The position numbers were made by a program, and so were the translations under genes. Below the pieces are notes generated by a model. The model had not been told where the DNA came from and searched no databases. It saw only the letters and a list, made by a program, of their open reading frames with translations. Positions 10,258-21,652 of a DNA stretch of 64,000 bases are shown in pieces. Within the stretch, counting starts at the first letter, position 1. Each line of letters opens with the position of its first letter. Origin of the DNA: an uncultured bacterium. GTDB taxonomy: Bacteria > Chloroflexota > UBA5177 > JANWHV01. Where the stretch lies: NCBI GenBank assembly GCA_963729625.1, contig CAVSOU010000010.1, forward strand, positions 864,001-928,000, given 5' to 3'.

Positions 10258-11356
10258 CTACGGCCACCACAGGAACACCGCGCTGCAGGCCCATGCCGCG
10301 ATGAGCGGGCGTCGCACCCAGCATGAGCCGAAGCTGGGATGGACGAGCGACGCCAGCACCATACCGTCAGCGGTCCTCGCGGACGCCCAAAGATCGGCGT
10401 ACGTCTGGCTCGGCAGCGTCCAGACAAACACGATGTTGGCGGCGAGCGCAAGGGAGCGCCAACTCGTGGCGGCGAGCAAGACAGCCGTGCCGACCTGTGC
10501 CGCGCTGAGACCAGATGCCGCACGCGAGCAAGGCCACGCACAACACACTCGGACCGGCAACCGCCAGGAGATCGCCCACGACCGCCCCGGTGCCACGAGC
10601 CCCGCGCAGGCCCACTAACAACAGGCGTGGTGCAGCATGCGCTTCCGATAAGCCTGTGTGGCCGAACATGTGGACCAGCGCCAGCTGCCAGGCAAGATAG
10701 GGCGCGGCGACCAAAACGGTGAAGACGGCGAAGGAGTTGGCGCGGCCGCGAAACGCGTAAGACGCCGCAACTGCTGCCGCGAACAGCAGCGCGGTCTCCT
10801 TGGTCAGCACGGCTGCCGCTAGCAGCACACCGGCCAGCGGAACACGGTCAACGCGGACCGCCATCAGCGCGCACGCGACGAGCAGCATGGCAAACGGCTC
10901 GGCGAGATCGCGCCAGAATGCTGCCACCTGGCCCGCATAGAGCGCCCATGCCAGCGCGTAGGCAGGGTGAAATCCGTTCGCCCGCAGGAACCGGGCGCAG
11001 ACCAACGTGCCGATGGCAACGGCGACGATGTTGATCAGGACGAGCGCCCCCGGCACAAGCGCATTGCGGCCAACACTGAGCGCGCGAGCCAGCATCGGAT
11101 AGCCGATGCGCTGGTAACGGTACGCGACGTTATCCAATCCGCGGGACGTGCCCAGAGGAGCAATGGCGATCCGGTAATAGAACTGACCATCGTAACCATG
11201 ATTGCCGGGAGTATTGGATGTGCCCATCACCACGAACGGCAGGGCACTGCCATCCGCGCGAACACGCACCGCGAACACACACGCGTATACGGTGAGCACG
11301 AGCAATGCGATCAGGTATGCCGGTCCGAATTGACGGGTACGCGCGCGGAGATCCAC
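10258..11356 (-). pseudogene. GT-C-like membrane protein (AZOBR_p60025-like surface glycopolymer protein), frameshifted near 10470-10510
   Basis: GYDGQFYYRIA, YRYQRIGYPMLA, DLAEP, AVLTKE and several TM segments. The hydrophobic C-terminus continues in another frame (ORF 10258..10596). Confidence 0.7.
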
Positions 11357-11374
11357 TTAGGCTCCCCCCGCCGG

Positions 11375-12556
11375 TCAGCGTGGACAGCCCGCAAGCGCCT
11401 GATCGAGGTCCGCCAGCACGTCTACCGTCGCCTCGATGCCCGCCGAGACACGGATCATGCCAGGCCCGACTCCCAGGGCTTGCAACGCGTCTTCGGGTAG
11501 ACCGTAGTGGCTTGTCGCATACGGATACGAGACGGTCGTGGCAACGTCGGCAAGGCTGGGAGCAAACGCGATCGTCTTCAGATCATTCAGGAAGCGCCGA
11601 GCCGCGTCACCCCCGCCCTGAAGCACGAAGCTCAACATCCCTCCGCAGCCACCCGGATATAGTCGTTGATAGAGTGCATGATGCACGTGGCTGGGCAGCC
11701 CCGGATGAAGCACGCGCGCTACCGCCGGGTGCGCCTCGAGATGGCGGGCAACGTCCAGTCCGAGCCGGGAGTGCACGGGCATGCGCAGAGGCAACGTCGG
11801 CAATCCGAGCAAGGCGAGCCACGCGTCCATCACGCCCAGGCACGACCCAATGTGAACGATCTTCTCGCGCATTGCCTGAACGAGTCCACGCTCACCTGAG
11901 GCGACGCCGCCGCACGCAGCGCTGTGGCCGCCCAGATACTTAGCGGTAGAGTGCCATGATAGCGACGCGCCGTGCTCGATCGGGCGCAACAGAGCTGGAG
12001 AGGTGAAGGTCGCGTCCACCATGACAGGCACGCCGAAAGCGCGTCCCAAAGTGCAGAGTGCCGGGATATCAGCCACGCGCATCGTCGGATTGGACAGCGC
12101 CTCAACCATGAGAGCTTTTGGACGCCGCCGCAGAGCGTGCTCGACCGCATCGAGATCGACCGCATCGATCAGCGACACGTCGATGCCAAGCCTGGGCAAA
12201 TCCTGCCTCAGCAGGTTATATGTGCCGCCGTACGCGTGGCGATCGGCGACGATCAGGTCGCCCGAGCCTGCCAGGCTCAGAACGGCAGCGGTTGCGATTG
12301 CCATTCCCGAGGCCGCGGCGACCGCAGCTTCGGCGCCCTCCAGCCCGGCGATGGCGTGCTCGAGCGTGTCGTGCGTCGGCGTGCCGTTTCGGTAATATAT
12401 GTGACCCGCCGCGCCGTCGCGCATCGCTTCGAGATCCTCGAGGCGATCAAACTCGTACACTGTGCTCTGGTAGATCGGCGAGATAAGCGGCCGAGAGACA
12501 GTTGCTCCGGGGAGCGGGCGCGCGGCGTGCGCGGCGAGCGTTGCGAATTCAGTCAT
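11375..12556 (-). CDS. PLP-dependent Cys/Met metabolism enzyme (cystathionine gamma-synthase / methionine gamma-lyase family)
   Basis: PIYQST, Y.R.G.PT, ASGMA, YGGT, SNPT, DATF, HSTAKYLGGHS (PLP Lys), SLAD; GGAGG RBS. Confidence 0.9.
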   Translation of the reverse strand: MTEFATLAAHAARPLPGATVSRPLISPIYQSTVYEFDRLEDLEAMRDGAAGHIYYRNGTPTHDTLEHAIAGLEGAEAAVAAASGMAIATAAVLSLAGSGDLIVADRHAYGGTYNLLRQDLPRLGIDVSLIDAVDLDAVEHALRRRPKALMVEALSNPTMRVADIPALCTLGRAFGVPVMVDATFTSPALLRPIEHGASLSWHSTAKYLGGHSAACGGVASGERGLVQAMREKIVHIGSCLGVMDAWLALLGLPTLPLRMPVHSRLGLDVARHLEAHPAVARVLHPGLPSHVHHALYQRLYPGGCGGMLSFVLQGGGDAARRFLNDLKTIAFAPSLADVATTVSYPYATSHYGLPEDALQALGVGPGMIRVSAGIEATVDVLADLDQALAGCPR

Positions 12557-12749
12557 CCTACCTCCCACGGCAGACGAGTATCAGCCTGCCGCGCCTGCCT
12601 GGAATAGTACAGCCTCGAAGCGAACGACTGCGCGGAATGCGCGGATACCTGCGTGGACAGTCTTGGGTTATCCTTAAGGTCGGACTATCGCACTTGTTGT
12701 TGCTACATGGCAGCAAAGCGAAGAAGTAAGTCGAAACGGAGCAATCGCC

Positions 12750-14595
12750 ATGCGTTGCGGACGCATCTTCCTCGCGTCAATCGCCATTCTCGCCGTCATG
12801 CCCAGCTTGGTCGGCGCGCCGGCGCCGGTACGCGCAGGCGGATTCCAGGGCGCCGCGCTGACCGACTTCACGCAGGTAACCCCGGCAACCGCCATCTACT
12901 ATAGCGTGGCCCAGAACACGAATGACAACCAAAACACGAATCTCAGGGCACTCGGAGGCGATCTTTCTGCGCATGTCGATGTGCAGAGCCTTCTGAAGCA
13001 AGCGCTCGGATCGAGCGCGAGTGACCTGCCGGGCGCCGAGCTTGTGATCAATCAGGTCCTGGCGAGCCTTCAGAAGATCTTCAATGGCGAGTTTGGCGTG
13101 GCCGTGCTCCCCATCTCAATCTCGGCGACGAGTCGTGCTGTACCGGATGTCACTGTGCATCTTCTTCTCGACGCGGGCCTGCAATCCGGCATCTCCGCCG
13201 ATCAGCTGGGCGCCGAGCTTTCATTGCTTGGTCCCAGTATCGTCAAGCAGGCACCGCACTACCGGAACCTCCCGGTTGCGGAGCTTGACCTCCGAAGCTT
13301 GATCAAGAATGCCGCGAGGTCCGCGACAGGCCATGATCGACTTGGAGGACCAGGTATGGCCGCGCCGATCATCTCGGGTGATTTCTTTGGCGCGGTCGCC
13401 GGTAATGATGCCGTCCTGGCGAGCGATCTCCCCACCTTGAAGCAGGCGCTCGATACGTACTTCGGCATGGCTCCTTCGATCGCCGGCGTATACGACTTCC
13501 GCCAAACCGTGGGCGCGCTTCCGACCGGACCGCCTCCTGACGAGCTACGTGCATATCGACACTGAGCAGTGGCGTCCGCTTGTGCATGCGCTTGCGAGCA
13601 AGCAATCACGCAAGGCGCTGGCAAGAGCCTTTCCGGCGACGCCCGGCACGATCAGCGATGCCTATGCGATCACCGCGGAGCCGGATGGCATTCTGACAAC
13701 GATAAGTCCCCGAGTCAGTGCCGGCTCGCTCTCAACCAGCCTGGGCCTGACGGCCACGGGCCTCAGGGAGCCAGGCATTCTTCCCGCGGGCACGTTGGCG
13801 TATGCCGGCATAAATGACCCAGGAAAGATCGTCCGCCAGCTGATCATCGGCGGCTATTCCGCGTTTGAAGCCGTGCAGGGGACTACGAAGCTGCTGCCCG
13901 ATGGGCTGAACATTCCCCAGATCATGGCGCACGGCGACGACATCATTCAGCAGATCGACAAACAGATCGGCATCAATCTGGACGATCAGGTGTTCTCGTG
14001 GATGCACGGCGATGCATCCGTTGCGATTCTGCCCGTCGGTTCCAAGGACTTCGGGACAGGAAGCCCGACCACAACCCTGTCACTGGTTGCAACGCTTCAG
14101 GTGACGGACCAGGCCACCTTGGTGGCCGATCTCGCTGCTATCCAGTCAGCGCTGCAAGCCATACCCGGCAGCGGACTCGAGAGTCTGCGGTTCACACAGG
14201 TTCCCACGTCTGCCGGCAACCCGTTGCAGATGCTCATGGCTACGCCGACTGGAATCGGCTACACGTTCTATCACGGGTACCTGATCGTCGCCACGGCGCT
14301 GCCGGCGGACTTCGCCGGGATCGTGCAGGCCTCGACAGGCAACAGCCTTGCTTCCGACCCAAAGTACAGGACGGCGTTTTCCTATTTCCCGAGGGTGCCA
14401 TATGGCGCGGCGATGTACGCGAACCTCACCGGAGTGCGTGAGATGGCGGAGAAGCTCGCGCAGGCTTCGGGCGCCGACATGCGCGACTATGACAGACAGG
14501 TGCGGCCAATCTTGAAGAGCTTCACGAGTCTGGCCACGGTAAGCTTCGCCGGCCCGAACGGAGGCAGTGCGCGGTTCATCGGAATAGGCAGCTAG
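12750..14595 (+). pseudogene. Secreted DUF3352-like protein split by a single-base frameshift near 13525
   Basis: Signal peptide present. Two similar halves, each ending in a F..t...LP....l..Y.n-type motif. Removing one base near 13525 joins LPT to DRLLTSYVHID and fuses ORFs 12750..13565 and 13549..14595. Confidence 0.65.
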
Positions 14596-14942
14596 AGCCT
14601 GTCGAGCGCGCAGAACCCTGTGTCATCGAGTTCTTCTCATCGGCGCCCAAAGTGCTCGCATCGTACAGGCCATAGGAGCCTTTGGGCAGGCGATGCCGTC
14701 GTGGTAGAGGGCTGCGCTCTGTGCCGTTGCGTATTATCAACACACGGAGGAGATGGACCTGCCTACAACGTGCAGCTCACCAGCGTCGACGTGCGCATTC
14801 CAGTAGCGACGCTCTACCAGCGCACTGGCGTGCCCGAGACAGCACCCGCCGCGGGCGCGCCAGGCGCCCGCGGCGGGTTGAGGATCTCACTGCAACGCGG
14901 ACCTTCTCGGCACGCGGCCCGATCAAGGGCGACCAAGCTCGC

Positions 14943-15347
14943 TCAGTGGCAGCTGCAGCCGCGCGCCGCGCCGCTCTCATCCGCGGTGCGGAATGAGTGG
15001 CCACAGCCGCAAGAAGATACGGCATTCGGGTTGTTTACGGTGAACCCCGCACCCATCAGGCCGTCGACATAGTCGATCTCAGCACCGTTGACGAAGGCCA
15101 CACTATCCGCGTCAATCACGACGCGGATCCCGTCGTAGGCGACGATAGTGTCATCCTCCATCGGCTCGTCCAGCGCCATGCCGTATTGCAGCCCAGAGCA
15201 ACCGCCGCCACTCACGTAGACGCGCAGCGCCAGATTTTCGTTTTCGTCCGAAGCCTTCGCCAGAATTCCGCGAACCATCTCCGACGCCTTGGCCGTGAGG
15301 GTCACGACCTGCTCCTGTGCAGTGCTGACTTCGTCAATCGTTACCAC
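14943..15347 (-). CDS. A-type Fe-S cluster carrier (IscA/ErpA/HesB family)
   Basis: LRVYVSGGGCSGLQYGM, IDYVDGLMGAGF.VNNPNA.SSCGCGHSF. Confidence 0.95.
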   Translation of the reverse strand: MVTIDEVSTAQEQVVTLTAKASEMVRGILAKASDENENLALRVYVSGGGCSGLQYGMALDEPMEDDTIVAYDGIRVVIDADSVAFVNGAEIDYVDGLMGAGFTVNNPNAVSSCGCGHSFRTADESGAARGCSCH

Positions 15348-15437
15348 GCTGTTTACCCTTCTGTCCCGTCAAACACCGTACCACTGGCTATCAGTGCGCA
15401 AGTCGCCCATCCAGTTCTATTGTGGACGTCTGGTTTC

Positions 15438-15466
15438 AACATAGCTGAGGGGTCCAGAACAGTCAA
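15438..15466 (-). promoter_or_regulatory. Sigma70-type promoter for the Fe-S carrier gene
   Basis: Minus strand TTGACT-17 bp-TATGTT. Confidence 0.55.
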
Positions 15467-15484
15467 TTCGGCGATTCTACACCG

Positions 15485-16519
15485 TCAGGCCGTCACGACC
15501 TTCAATTCCAGCATGAAATGCCTGGCTTCGCCTGGCTCCAACGATGGCATGGCGTTAGCCGCCCGCGCGCTCGCGCGACCTGTCATCACGCGGGAATTGG
15601 TCGGCTCGAGGCCAACCACGTACGCTCCCTGGCCAAGCTGGCGCCAGACCACCATCCACGGTAGCGTGGTCAGATCCCAGCGAACCTTCAGTCCCAGGCC
15701 GCCATCCAGCGCCGGATTCCAGAGCTCAGCCTCGCCCCAAGAGTCCGGTCCAGGCTCCGGTGTGGCCAGGAACACCTGCTCCTTGAAATGCGGCCGTGGG
15801 CCGTGCATAAGCTGCCAGCCGGCGGCATTTCTGGTCGCCTCCGCGTCACGCGGTTCCACGGAGACGAAGGATCCACGTACCTGCGCGCCGTCGTCGAGAA
15901 GCGGGAAACCCGCATTGATGTGATAGGTCAGAAGATATGGTTCCAGTTCCCAACCCTCGTTCTTCACCACATCGTGAAGTCTGATCGTATCGCCTCCCAG
16001 TTCCATCTCGACCGTGCGAGCCAAAGTCAGGTTCTCGCCAAAAAGCCTGCGCTGCCCCATCGTTCCGGTGGCAAACAGCGTGCACGTGTCTCCTTCCCAG
16101 CGCTCGCCCCAACTCGGTCTCGACGCAGGTATGTTGTGGATGCGCCCGTGCTGGTAATAACGCACGCCTTCGTCGACGCCACCCGGTCCGAAATTGTCCA
16201 GCCCACACGTCGTCAGCATGCCGCCGAAGAAGCTGCGCAGAAAGCCGGTGTCTTCCATCTGGAACAAGGTTGGAGCGACGCGGCCGGTACCACTGTGCCA
16301 GCAAAGCGAGCGTCCACGCCAGGTCAGGTTTGAGATGTCCATACTGCGGTCGGGCAACACTGTGCAGTCGAGATCACCGCCGCAGAGACGCAGCGCCTTC
16401 ACTCCCCGCTCTGGTCCATCGTCGAGCGCGACAGCCTCCACCCCGCCGACCTGGCTCAGCCCACCAACACGCTGCAACAGATCAGCTCGCGAGTATTCTT
16501 TCCCCCATAGGCGTGCCAT
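15485..16519 (-). CDS. DUF4432 / aldose 1-epimerase-like protein
   Basis: LPDRSMDI, FLRSFFGGMLTTCGL, HGRIHNIPA, YHINAGFPLLD, YVVGLEP; AAGGAG RBS. Confidence 0.85.
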   Translation of the reverse strand: MARLWGKEYSRADLLQRVGGLSQVGGVEAVALDDGPERGVKALRLCGGDLDCTVLPDRSMDISNLTWRGRSLCWHSGTGRVAPTLFQMEDTGFLRSFFGGMLTTCGLDNFGPGGVDEGVRYYQHGRIHNIPASRPSWGERWEGDTCTLFATGTMGQRRLFGENLTLARTVEMELGGDTIRLHDVVKNEGWELEPYLLTYHINAGFPLLDDGAQVRGSFVSVEPRDAEATRNAAGWQLMHGPRPHFKEQVFLATPEPGPDSWGEAELWNPALDGGLGLKVRWDLTTLPWMVVWRQLGQGAYVVGLEPTNSRVMTGRASARAANAMPSLEPGEARHFMLELKVVTA

Positions 16520-16619
16520 TGCCTTCTCCTTTCACTGTCGAGTTACCGGGCCCTTCAAGCATAGCGTCGCCGTGACGCGATGCACACTCCTTGCCGCCAC
16601 CGTTCGCGCTATCTCTCTC

Positions 16620-17807
16620 TTAGGGTTCGCGTTCGGCAATTCTCGCGATGAGCTCACCGAGCAGCGCCACGCGCGGGACGATCGAGTCGAGCAACAGCCA
16701 CTCCCGAGGGCTATGATCATCGCCTCCTACCGGTCCTAGGCCGTCGAGAACGGGCGTTCCCACGCTGGCCACCTGGCAGGCGTCGGACGCCCCGCCCGTG
16801 GCGACGGCCTCAATCTCGAAGCCGAGATCCCGGGCCGTCTGCTTCGCGAGTGTCGCAAGCCGTTCGATCGCAGGCGTACGCGCCATGGGAGGAAAGCCTC
16901 GGTGCGCCGTGAGCTTCGTCGTCGTGTCCGGCACAGAGGTGGCGGCGACAACCTCACGTATTGCCGCGTCTATACGGTCCAATCCTTCAGGGTCCAGCGC
17001 GCGCGCCTCGAACTTCGCGAAGGCCGTCTCGGGCACCACATTCAGCGCAGTGCCCCCTCCCGCCAATCCCACGTTCACCGTGGCGCCTGGAACTGTGCCG
17101 TTTAGAGCCTGCAGCGCAATGACCTTGTGCGCCACCTCCAGGATCGCGCTGCGGCCTTTCTCAGGTTCCACTCCAGCGTGTGCTGAGCGACCCTGCACAT
17201 CGATCCGGTAGTCGATGATACCCTTTCGCGCGGCGACAATCGCGCCCGACGCCCGCGCCGCCTCCAACACCAGCGCGGCGTGGCACGTTCTGGCAATCTC
17301 GGTAGTCAGCGCGCTGCTTTCCGGCGAACCGATCTCTTCGTCGCCGGTGAAGAGAAGCACGACTTCCGCGAACGGCGTGTGGCCCGACCATTGCAATGCC
17401 TCCACCGCGTAGATGCCGGCAAGAAGCCCTCCTTTCATGTCGGACGTGCCGGGCCCGACGATCTTGCTTCCCTCGGTTCGCATGGGTCGCTCAGCGGCAG
17501 TTCCGTCCGGATAAACCGTGTCCATGTGCGCCAGCAGCAGAATGCGGACCGTTCCCGAACCAGGCACGCGCGCCTCGACGACGTCCGCCCGGCGGGCGCC
17601 AGCGTGAACCCGCGTCGCCCAACCGTTCCGCGCACACCGCGCCCGCACCCAGGCGCCAACCTGATTGACGCCCTCCGTATTCGCCGTACCGCAATCGATA
17701 CCGCTGAGCAGATGAAGATCTTGAAGAAATGTCTCGAGCCTCTCCGCGGCACGCGCTCGCAAGACTTCGCACCGATTCTCAGGCGCCACGCTTGTCTCCT
17801 TGCTCAA
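16620..17807 (-). CDS. M20 family metallopeptidase (glutamate carboxypeptidase-like)
   Basis: LLAHMDTV, GPGTSDMKGG, DEEIGS, GRSAHAG, GGASDA, DGLGPVG..DHS. Confidence 0.9.
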   Translation of the reverse strand: MSKETSVAPENRCEVLRARAAERLETFLQDLHLLSGIDCGTANTEGVNQVGAWVRARCARNGWATRVHAGARRADVVEARVPGSGTVRILLLAHMDTVYPDGTAAERPMRTEGSKIVGPGTSDMKGGLLAGIYAVEALQWSGHTPFAEVVLLFTGDEEIGSPESSALTTEIARTCHAALVLEAARASGAIVAARKGIIDYRIDVQGRSAHAGVEPEKGRSAILEVAHKVIALQALNGTVPGATVNVGLAGGGTALNVVPETAFAKFEARALDPEGLDRIDAAIREVVAATSVPDTTTKLTAHRGFPPMARTPAIERLATLAKQTARDLGFEIEAVATGGASDACQVASVGTPVLDGLGPVGGDDHSPREWLLLDSIVPRVALLGELIARIAEREP

Positions 17808-18013
17808 TACTCATGCCGTCGGCTTCAGCTACGCGGCCAGGTCAATGCGCACTGCGCCCCGGCGCGCGCACCCAGTAGCAGCTCAGTCCATGGAAATCTA
17901 CCACGGCTTGGCCGCTCGCAGACACGAGGACGCCCCACTTGGGGCGCCCTCGCGCTGCTATCCTGGCCCGCCAGCCCTGCCCGTCGTACCGGACGACAGG
18001 CAGGGTCTGCTGA

Positions 18014-19156
18014 TCAACGGCTTTGCGGTCGATTGCGAAGGAACGTGGGTAGGTCGTATGGATCGACCGAAGGCTGCATCTGGGGATTGATTCCCGGTTG
18101 GCGAGTCTGAATTGGCTGCTGGGGCTGCTCGACACGAGGCAAGGGCGCCTCCATCGGCTGGCTCAGCGGTCGCCCCGACTGCTGCCGGATGATTGGCTGT
18201 TGCGACTGCGGGCGGCCGTCGAAGCCGGTGGCAATCACCGTTATCTGGATCTCACCCTCCATGCTTTCGTCGATCACCGCGCCGAAGATAATGTTGGCGT
18301 CCGGATCGGCGGCCTCCTGGATAATAGCCGCAGCCTCGTGCACTTCGAACAGCGTGTAATCACTGCCGGTAATATTGAGCAGCACGCCGCGAGCACCCTC
18401 GATCGACACATCCAGGAGCGGGCTGGCGATTGCCTGATGTGCGGCATCGGTCGCGCGGCTGTCGCCCGAAGCGCGTCCGATGGCCATTAAGGCGCTGCCC
18501 GCCTGGGACATAACGCTCTTCACGTCGGCGAAGTCGAGATTGATCAGCCCCGGAACCGTAATCGTGTCCGAGATACCCTGGATGCCGGCTCGCAGCACGT
18601 CGTCGGCAAGCGCGAAGGCCATGTTCATGGTCATCTTCTTGTCCGCCAGGTGCAGGAGGCGGTCGTTGGGAACCGTAATCAGCGTGTCGACTCGTTCTTT
18701 AAACGCGTTCGCACCTTCGTCAGCCACGCGCCGGCGCCTGTTTCCTTCGAACGTGAAGGGCTTGGTAATCACGCCGACGGTCAATGCGCCGAGATCCTGA
18801 GCGATCTGCGCAATGACAGGGGCTGCCCCGGTTCCCGTGCCGCCACCCATGCCCGCCGCGATGAAGATCATGTCCGCGCCCTGCAAGGCGTCGCGCAGCT
18901 CTTCATAGGACTCCTCGGCCGCACGCTGGCCAACCGTTGGATCGCCCCCGGCCCCCAGGCCCTTCGTGAGCTTGTCGCCGATGCGCACTTTGACGGCGGC
19001 CTGTGAATGCAGCAGTGCCTGGTTATCCGTATTGACGGCGATAAACTCGACTTCCTGCATGCGAGCTTGGATCATGCGGTTGATCGCGTTACAGCCACCG
19101 CCACCTACGCCGATGACTTTGATTATCGCGTGGTCTGCGATTGATGGAACGTTCAT
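18014..19156 (-). CDS. ftsZ: Cell division protein FtsZ
   Basis: [33 protein letters not shown] and C-terminal DLPTFLR. Start at MNVPS, after AGGAGG. Confidence 0.98.
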   Translation of the reverse strand: MNVPSIADHAIIKVIGVGGGGCNAINRMIQARMQEVEFIAVNTDNQALLHSQAAVKVRIGDKLTKGLGAGGDPTVGQRAAEESYEELRDALQGADMIFIAAGMGGGTGTGAAPVIAQIAQDLGALTVGVITKPFTFEGNRRRRVADEGANAFKERVDTLITVPNDRLLHLADKKMTMNMAFALADDVLRAGIQGISDTITVPGLINLDFADVKSVMSQAGSALMAIGRASGDSRATDAAHQAIASPLLDVSIEGARGVLLNITGSDYTLFEVHEAAAIIQEAADPDANIIFGAVIDESMEGEIQITVIATGFDGRPQSQQPIIRQQSGRPLSQPMEAPLPRVEQPQQPIQTRQPGINPQMQPSVDPYDLPTFLRNRPQSR

Positions 19157-19327
19157 ACCGGGCGCGCCTCCTATTCCCGAACCCTGTCTCATTCCAGGCC
19201 CGCACCGGGACCAAGCCCGCAAGCCCATGTACCGGTGTTGTCACTCATGAAGTGGCCGATTACGTCCAAGTTGACCAATAACGTGTCGTGAGTATAGCAC
19301 AGTCACTTTTGCGAAATAACCAGGATG

Positions 19328-20587
19328 TCAGGCAGATGCCCAGAAATGCTTCAACCAGCCAACGAACCGGCCGAAGACTTCGCCCCACGACGGGCCTCCT
19401 CCGCCCTCATCCGGCGCCTGGCCACGCGGATTCTGGAACTCACCCGCCTTCAGCCCCCACGTGAGCAGCCCGACCGAGGTGGAAAAGGCGGGGCTGCTGA
19501 TGCTATCCACCAGGCCGGTGAGCTGTGCCGGCCCCCCAACCCGCGCAGGCATCGCCAGGACGTCGCGAGCAAGATCGACGATATCGGCTAGCTGCGCCGA
19601 CCCGCCCGTGATCACCACACCTGCGGGCAGCACGCCATGGTACCCGGCATTTCGTATCTCCTCGTGCACGAGCGACAACATCTCGCGCACGCGCGCCTCC
19701 ACGATCTCGCAGAGAAAGCGCCGTGACACCGGCTCTCCCGCCGAGTTGTCAAACGTCGGGACTTTAATCATCTCGTTGACGTCGATGCGCTCCGCCACCG
19801 CGGACCCATGCTTCTTCTTCAGCTCTTCCGCTACGTCAAAGGGCGTGCGCAGACCGACCGCTATGTCATTGGTGAGATGATTGCCGCCGATACCAATCAC
19901 GCCGGTGTGCCAGATGCTTCCATTGATAAATATCGCCAGATCCGTGGTGCCGCCGCCGATATCGATCATGGCCACGCCCAGGTCGCGTTCGGCGCTCGTG
20001 AGTACAGCTTCACTCGATGCCAGCGGCTCGGGCACTATGTCGCTGATCTCGATGCCGGTCTTCTCCACGCACTTATACAGGTTATGAATCGACGTGGTCG
20101 CTCCGGTGATGATGTGACACTCGACCTCGAGCCTGTTGCCGGACATGCCCAGAGGGTCATGGATACCGGCCTCGCCGTCGACTACGTATTCTCGGGGGAT
20201 GACGTGCAGGACTTCCCGATTATGCGGGAGCGGCTGCGCTCGTGCCGCGTCGATCGCGCGATCGATGTCCGGGCGCGTTATCTCATGCAGATTGGGAGAA
20301 ACAGCGACAATGCCGCGACTGTTCTGGCTTGTGATATGGCTCCCGGCGATACCGACGAGCGCCGTGCCAATCTTGTAGCCTGAGATTCGCTCAGTCTTAT
20401 CCAGTGCCTCGCGAATCGCGGCGGCTGCCTCGTCTATGTTGACCACCATTCCCCTGCGAAGACCTTGCGATGGCGCCTGGCCAACTCCAACTATGTTCAG
20501 CCGGTTGTCCTGGTCAACCTCGCCAATCAAGGCGCAGATCTTTGTCGTGCCGACGTCCACGCCGACCATGACCCGCTCCTTGGTCAT
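19328..20587 (-). CDS. ftsA: Cell division protein FtsA
   Basis: DVGTTKI, GLRRGMVVNI, DIGGGTTD, GVVITGG and an amphipathic C-terminal helix. Confidence 0.97.
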   Translation of the reverse strand: MTKERVMVGVDVGTTKICALIGEVDQDNRLNIVGVGQAPSQGLRRGMVVNIDEAAAAIREALDKTERISGYKIGTALVGIAGSHITSQNSRGIVAVSPNLHEITRPDIDRAIDAARAQPLPHNREVLHVIPREYVVDGEAGIHDPLGMSGNRLEVECHIITGATTSIHNLYKCVEKTGIEISDIVPEPLASSEAVLTSAERDLGVAMIDIGGGTTDLAIFINGSIWHTGVIGIGGNHLTNDIAVGLRTPFDVAEELKKKHGSAVAERIDVNEMIKVPTFDNSAGEPVSRRFLCEIVEARVREMLSLVHEEIRNAGYHGVLPAGVVITGGSAQLADIVDLARDVLAMPARVGGPAQLTGLVDSISSPAFSTSVGLLTWGLKAGEFQNPRGQAPDEGGGGPSWGEVFGRFVGWLKHFWASA

Positions 20588-20787
20588 CAGGCCTCCCCCC
20601 AGTGGGCGATCTCCTCTATATGAGTCCTGACGATGATACCACCCGTCCTATAGGCAGTAAAGCAACACAGTGGGTACTCGATCGGAGAAACTGTTGACTT
20701 CGCGACGGTTCCGGAACTCACCTGCCACCGTGCACGTCTGCCCGGGTTCCGGGCCGTCGGTCCATCTCAGTGATGCCCCGCCCCAGG

Positions 20788-21642
20788 TTACCCGCAGTTA
20801 TGGTTGGGGTGGATGTAGCTGGGCGGGGAACCCTGGAGATTTGCTTCTCGAAGATCGATGCACTGGCCGGGTGCGAGAAACGGCGGCCTGTGGGACAACG
20901 CACCAAGGAGCGCTGCCATGCGGAAATCCAGATTGTTCGATCTGTCCATGCCGAAAAGCGCCCACCAGTTCGTCTTGCCGACCACGATCTCACCCGTAAA
21001 CGGCTTGTACGTATACCCCTTCACTAGCGGTCTCAGATCGGGCGGCGTTCGGCTCTTAAGGCTGCGGGCCATTTGCAAGGCCTCCACTCCGACATGCTCT
21101 CCGACCAACAGTCGGTGGCCCTTGCGTATCACCGTGTCGTAGCCCTCGTCGAAGACTGGGAGTGACTTCCATGCAGACTTGGGAAACGGCTTCTTCCAGA
21201 CCTGGAGGACCTGTCCGTCGGAAGACACGGCATACGCCGCTTCGGGCGTCCGCCAGATAGCCACGCGCACTTTGTAGTGCGCGATCACGCGCACGTGGTT
21301 CGGGAGACTTGTCTCAACTCTGTCGACGATCAGGGCTGGAATACCCGAGAGCCGTCGCTTGATTACGTCGGCCTGCAAGGTGAAGATGCTCTTATCAATA
21401 CATTCGCAGCGCGCAAGAACCTCGGCAGTCTCTTTCTTGCCCAGTCGCGGCGTGTCTACCGCCCGCACGGTGAAGGTGCCTGAGAGCAGGACGTAGTACA
21501 ACACAACGATGCTGCACGCGATCGCCACAATCCAGGGCACCGGAAGTTGCCTGATCGCACCCCAGCCGAAACGTCGGCGTGTGCGGAAGAAGCGGCGTCT
21601 GGGCTGGCGCGATGCACCCGTGGCGGGGCGCGCCATGGCCAT
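20788..21642 (-). CDS. ftsQ: FtsQ/DivIB-like POTRA-domain membrane protein (start uncertain)
   Basis: Lies between murB and ftsA. Basic N-terminus, single TM, POTRA-like segment (V.TSLPNHVRV) and C-terminal IDLR. Confidence 0.75.
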   Translation of the reverse strand: MAMARPATGASRQPRRRFFRTRRRFGWGAIRQLPVPWIVAIACSIVVLYYVLLSGTFTVRAVDTPRLGKKETAEVLARCECIDKSIFTLQADVIKRRLSGIPALIVDRVETSLPNHVRVIAHYKVRVAIWRTPEAAYAVSSDGQVLQVWKKPFPKSAWKSLPVFDEGYDTVIRKGHRLLVGEHVGVEALQMARSLKSRTPPDLRPLVKGYTYKPFTGEIVVGKTNWWALFGMDRSNNLDFRMAALLGALSHRPPFLAPGQCIDLREANLQGSPPSYIHPNHNCG

Positions 21643-21652
21643 CTGCCGGGGT

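Noticed and set aside
12560-12750. SAM riboswitch upstream of the trans-sulfuration gene
   Set aside because: No SAM-I core (ATC.AGAG...GGCAACC...GTGC) or terminator is visible.
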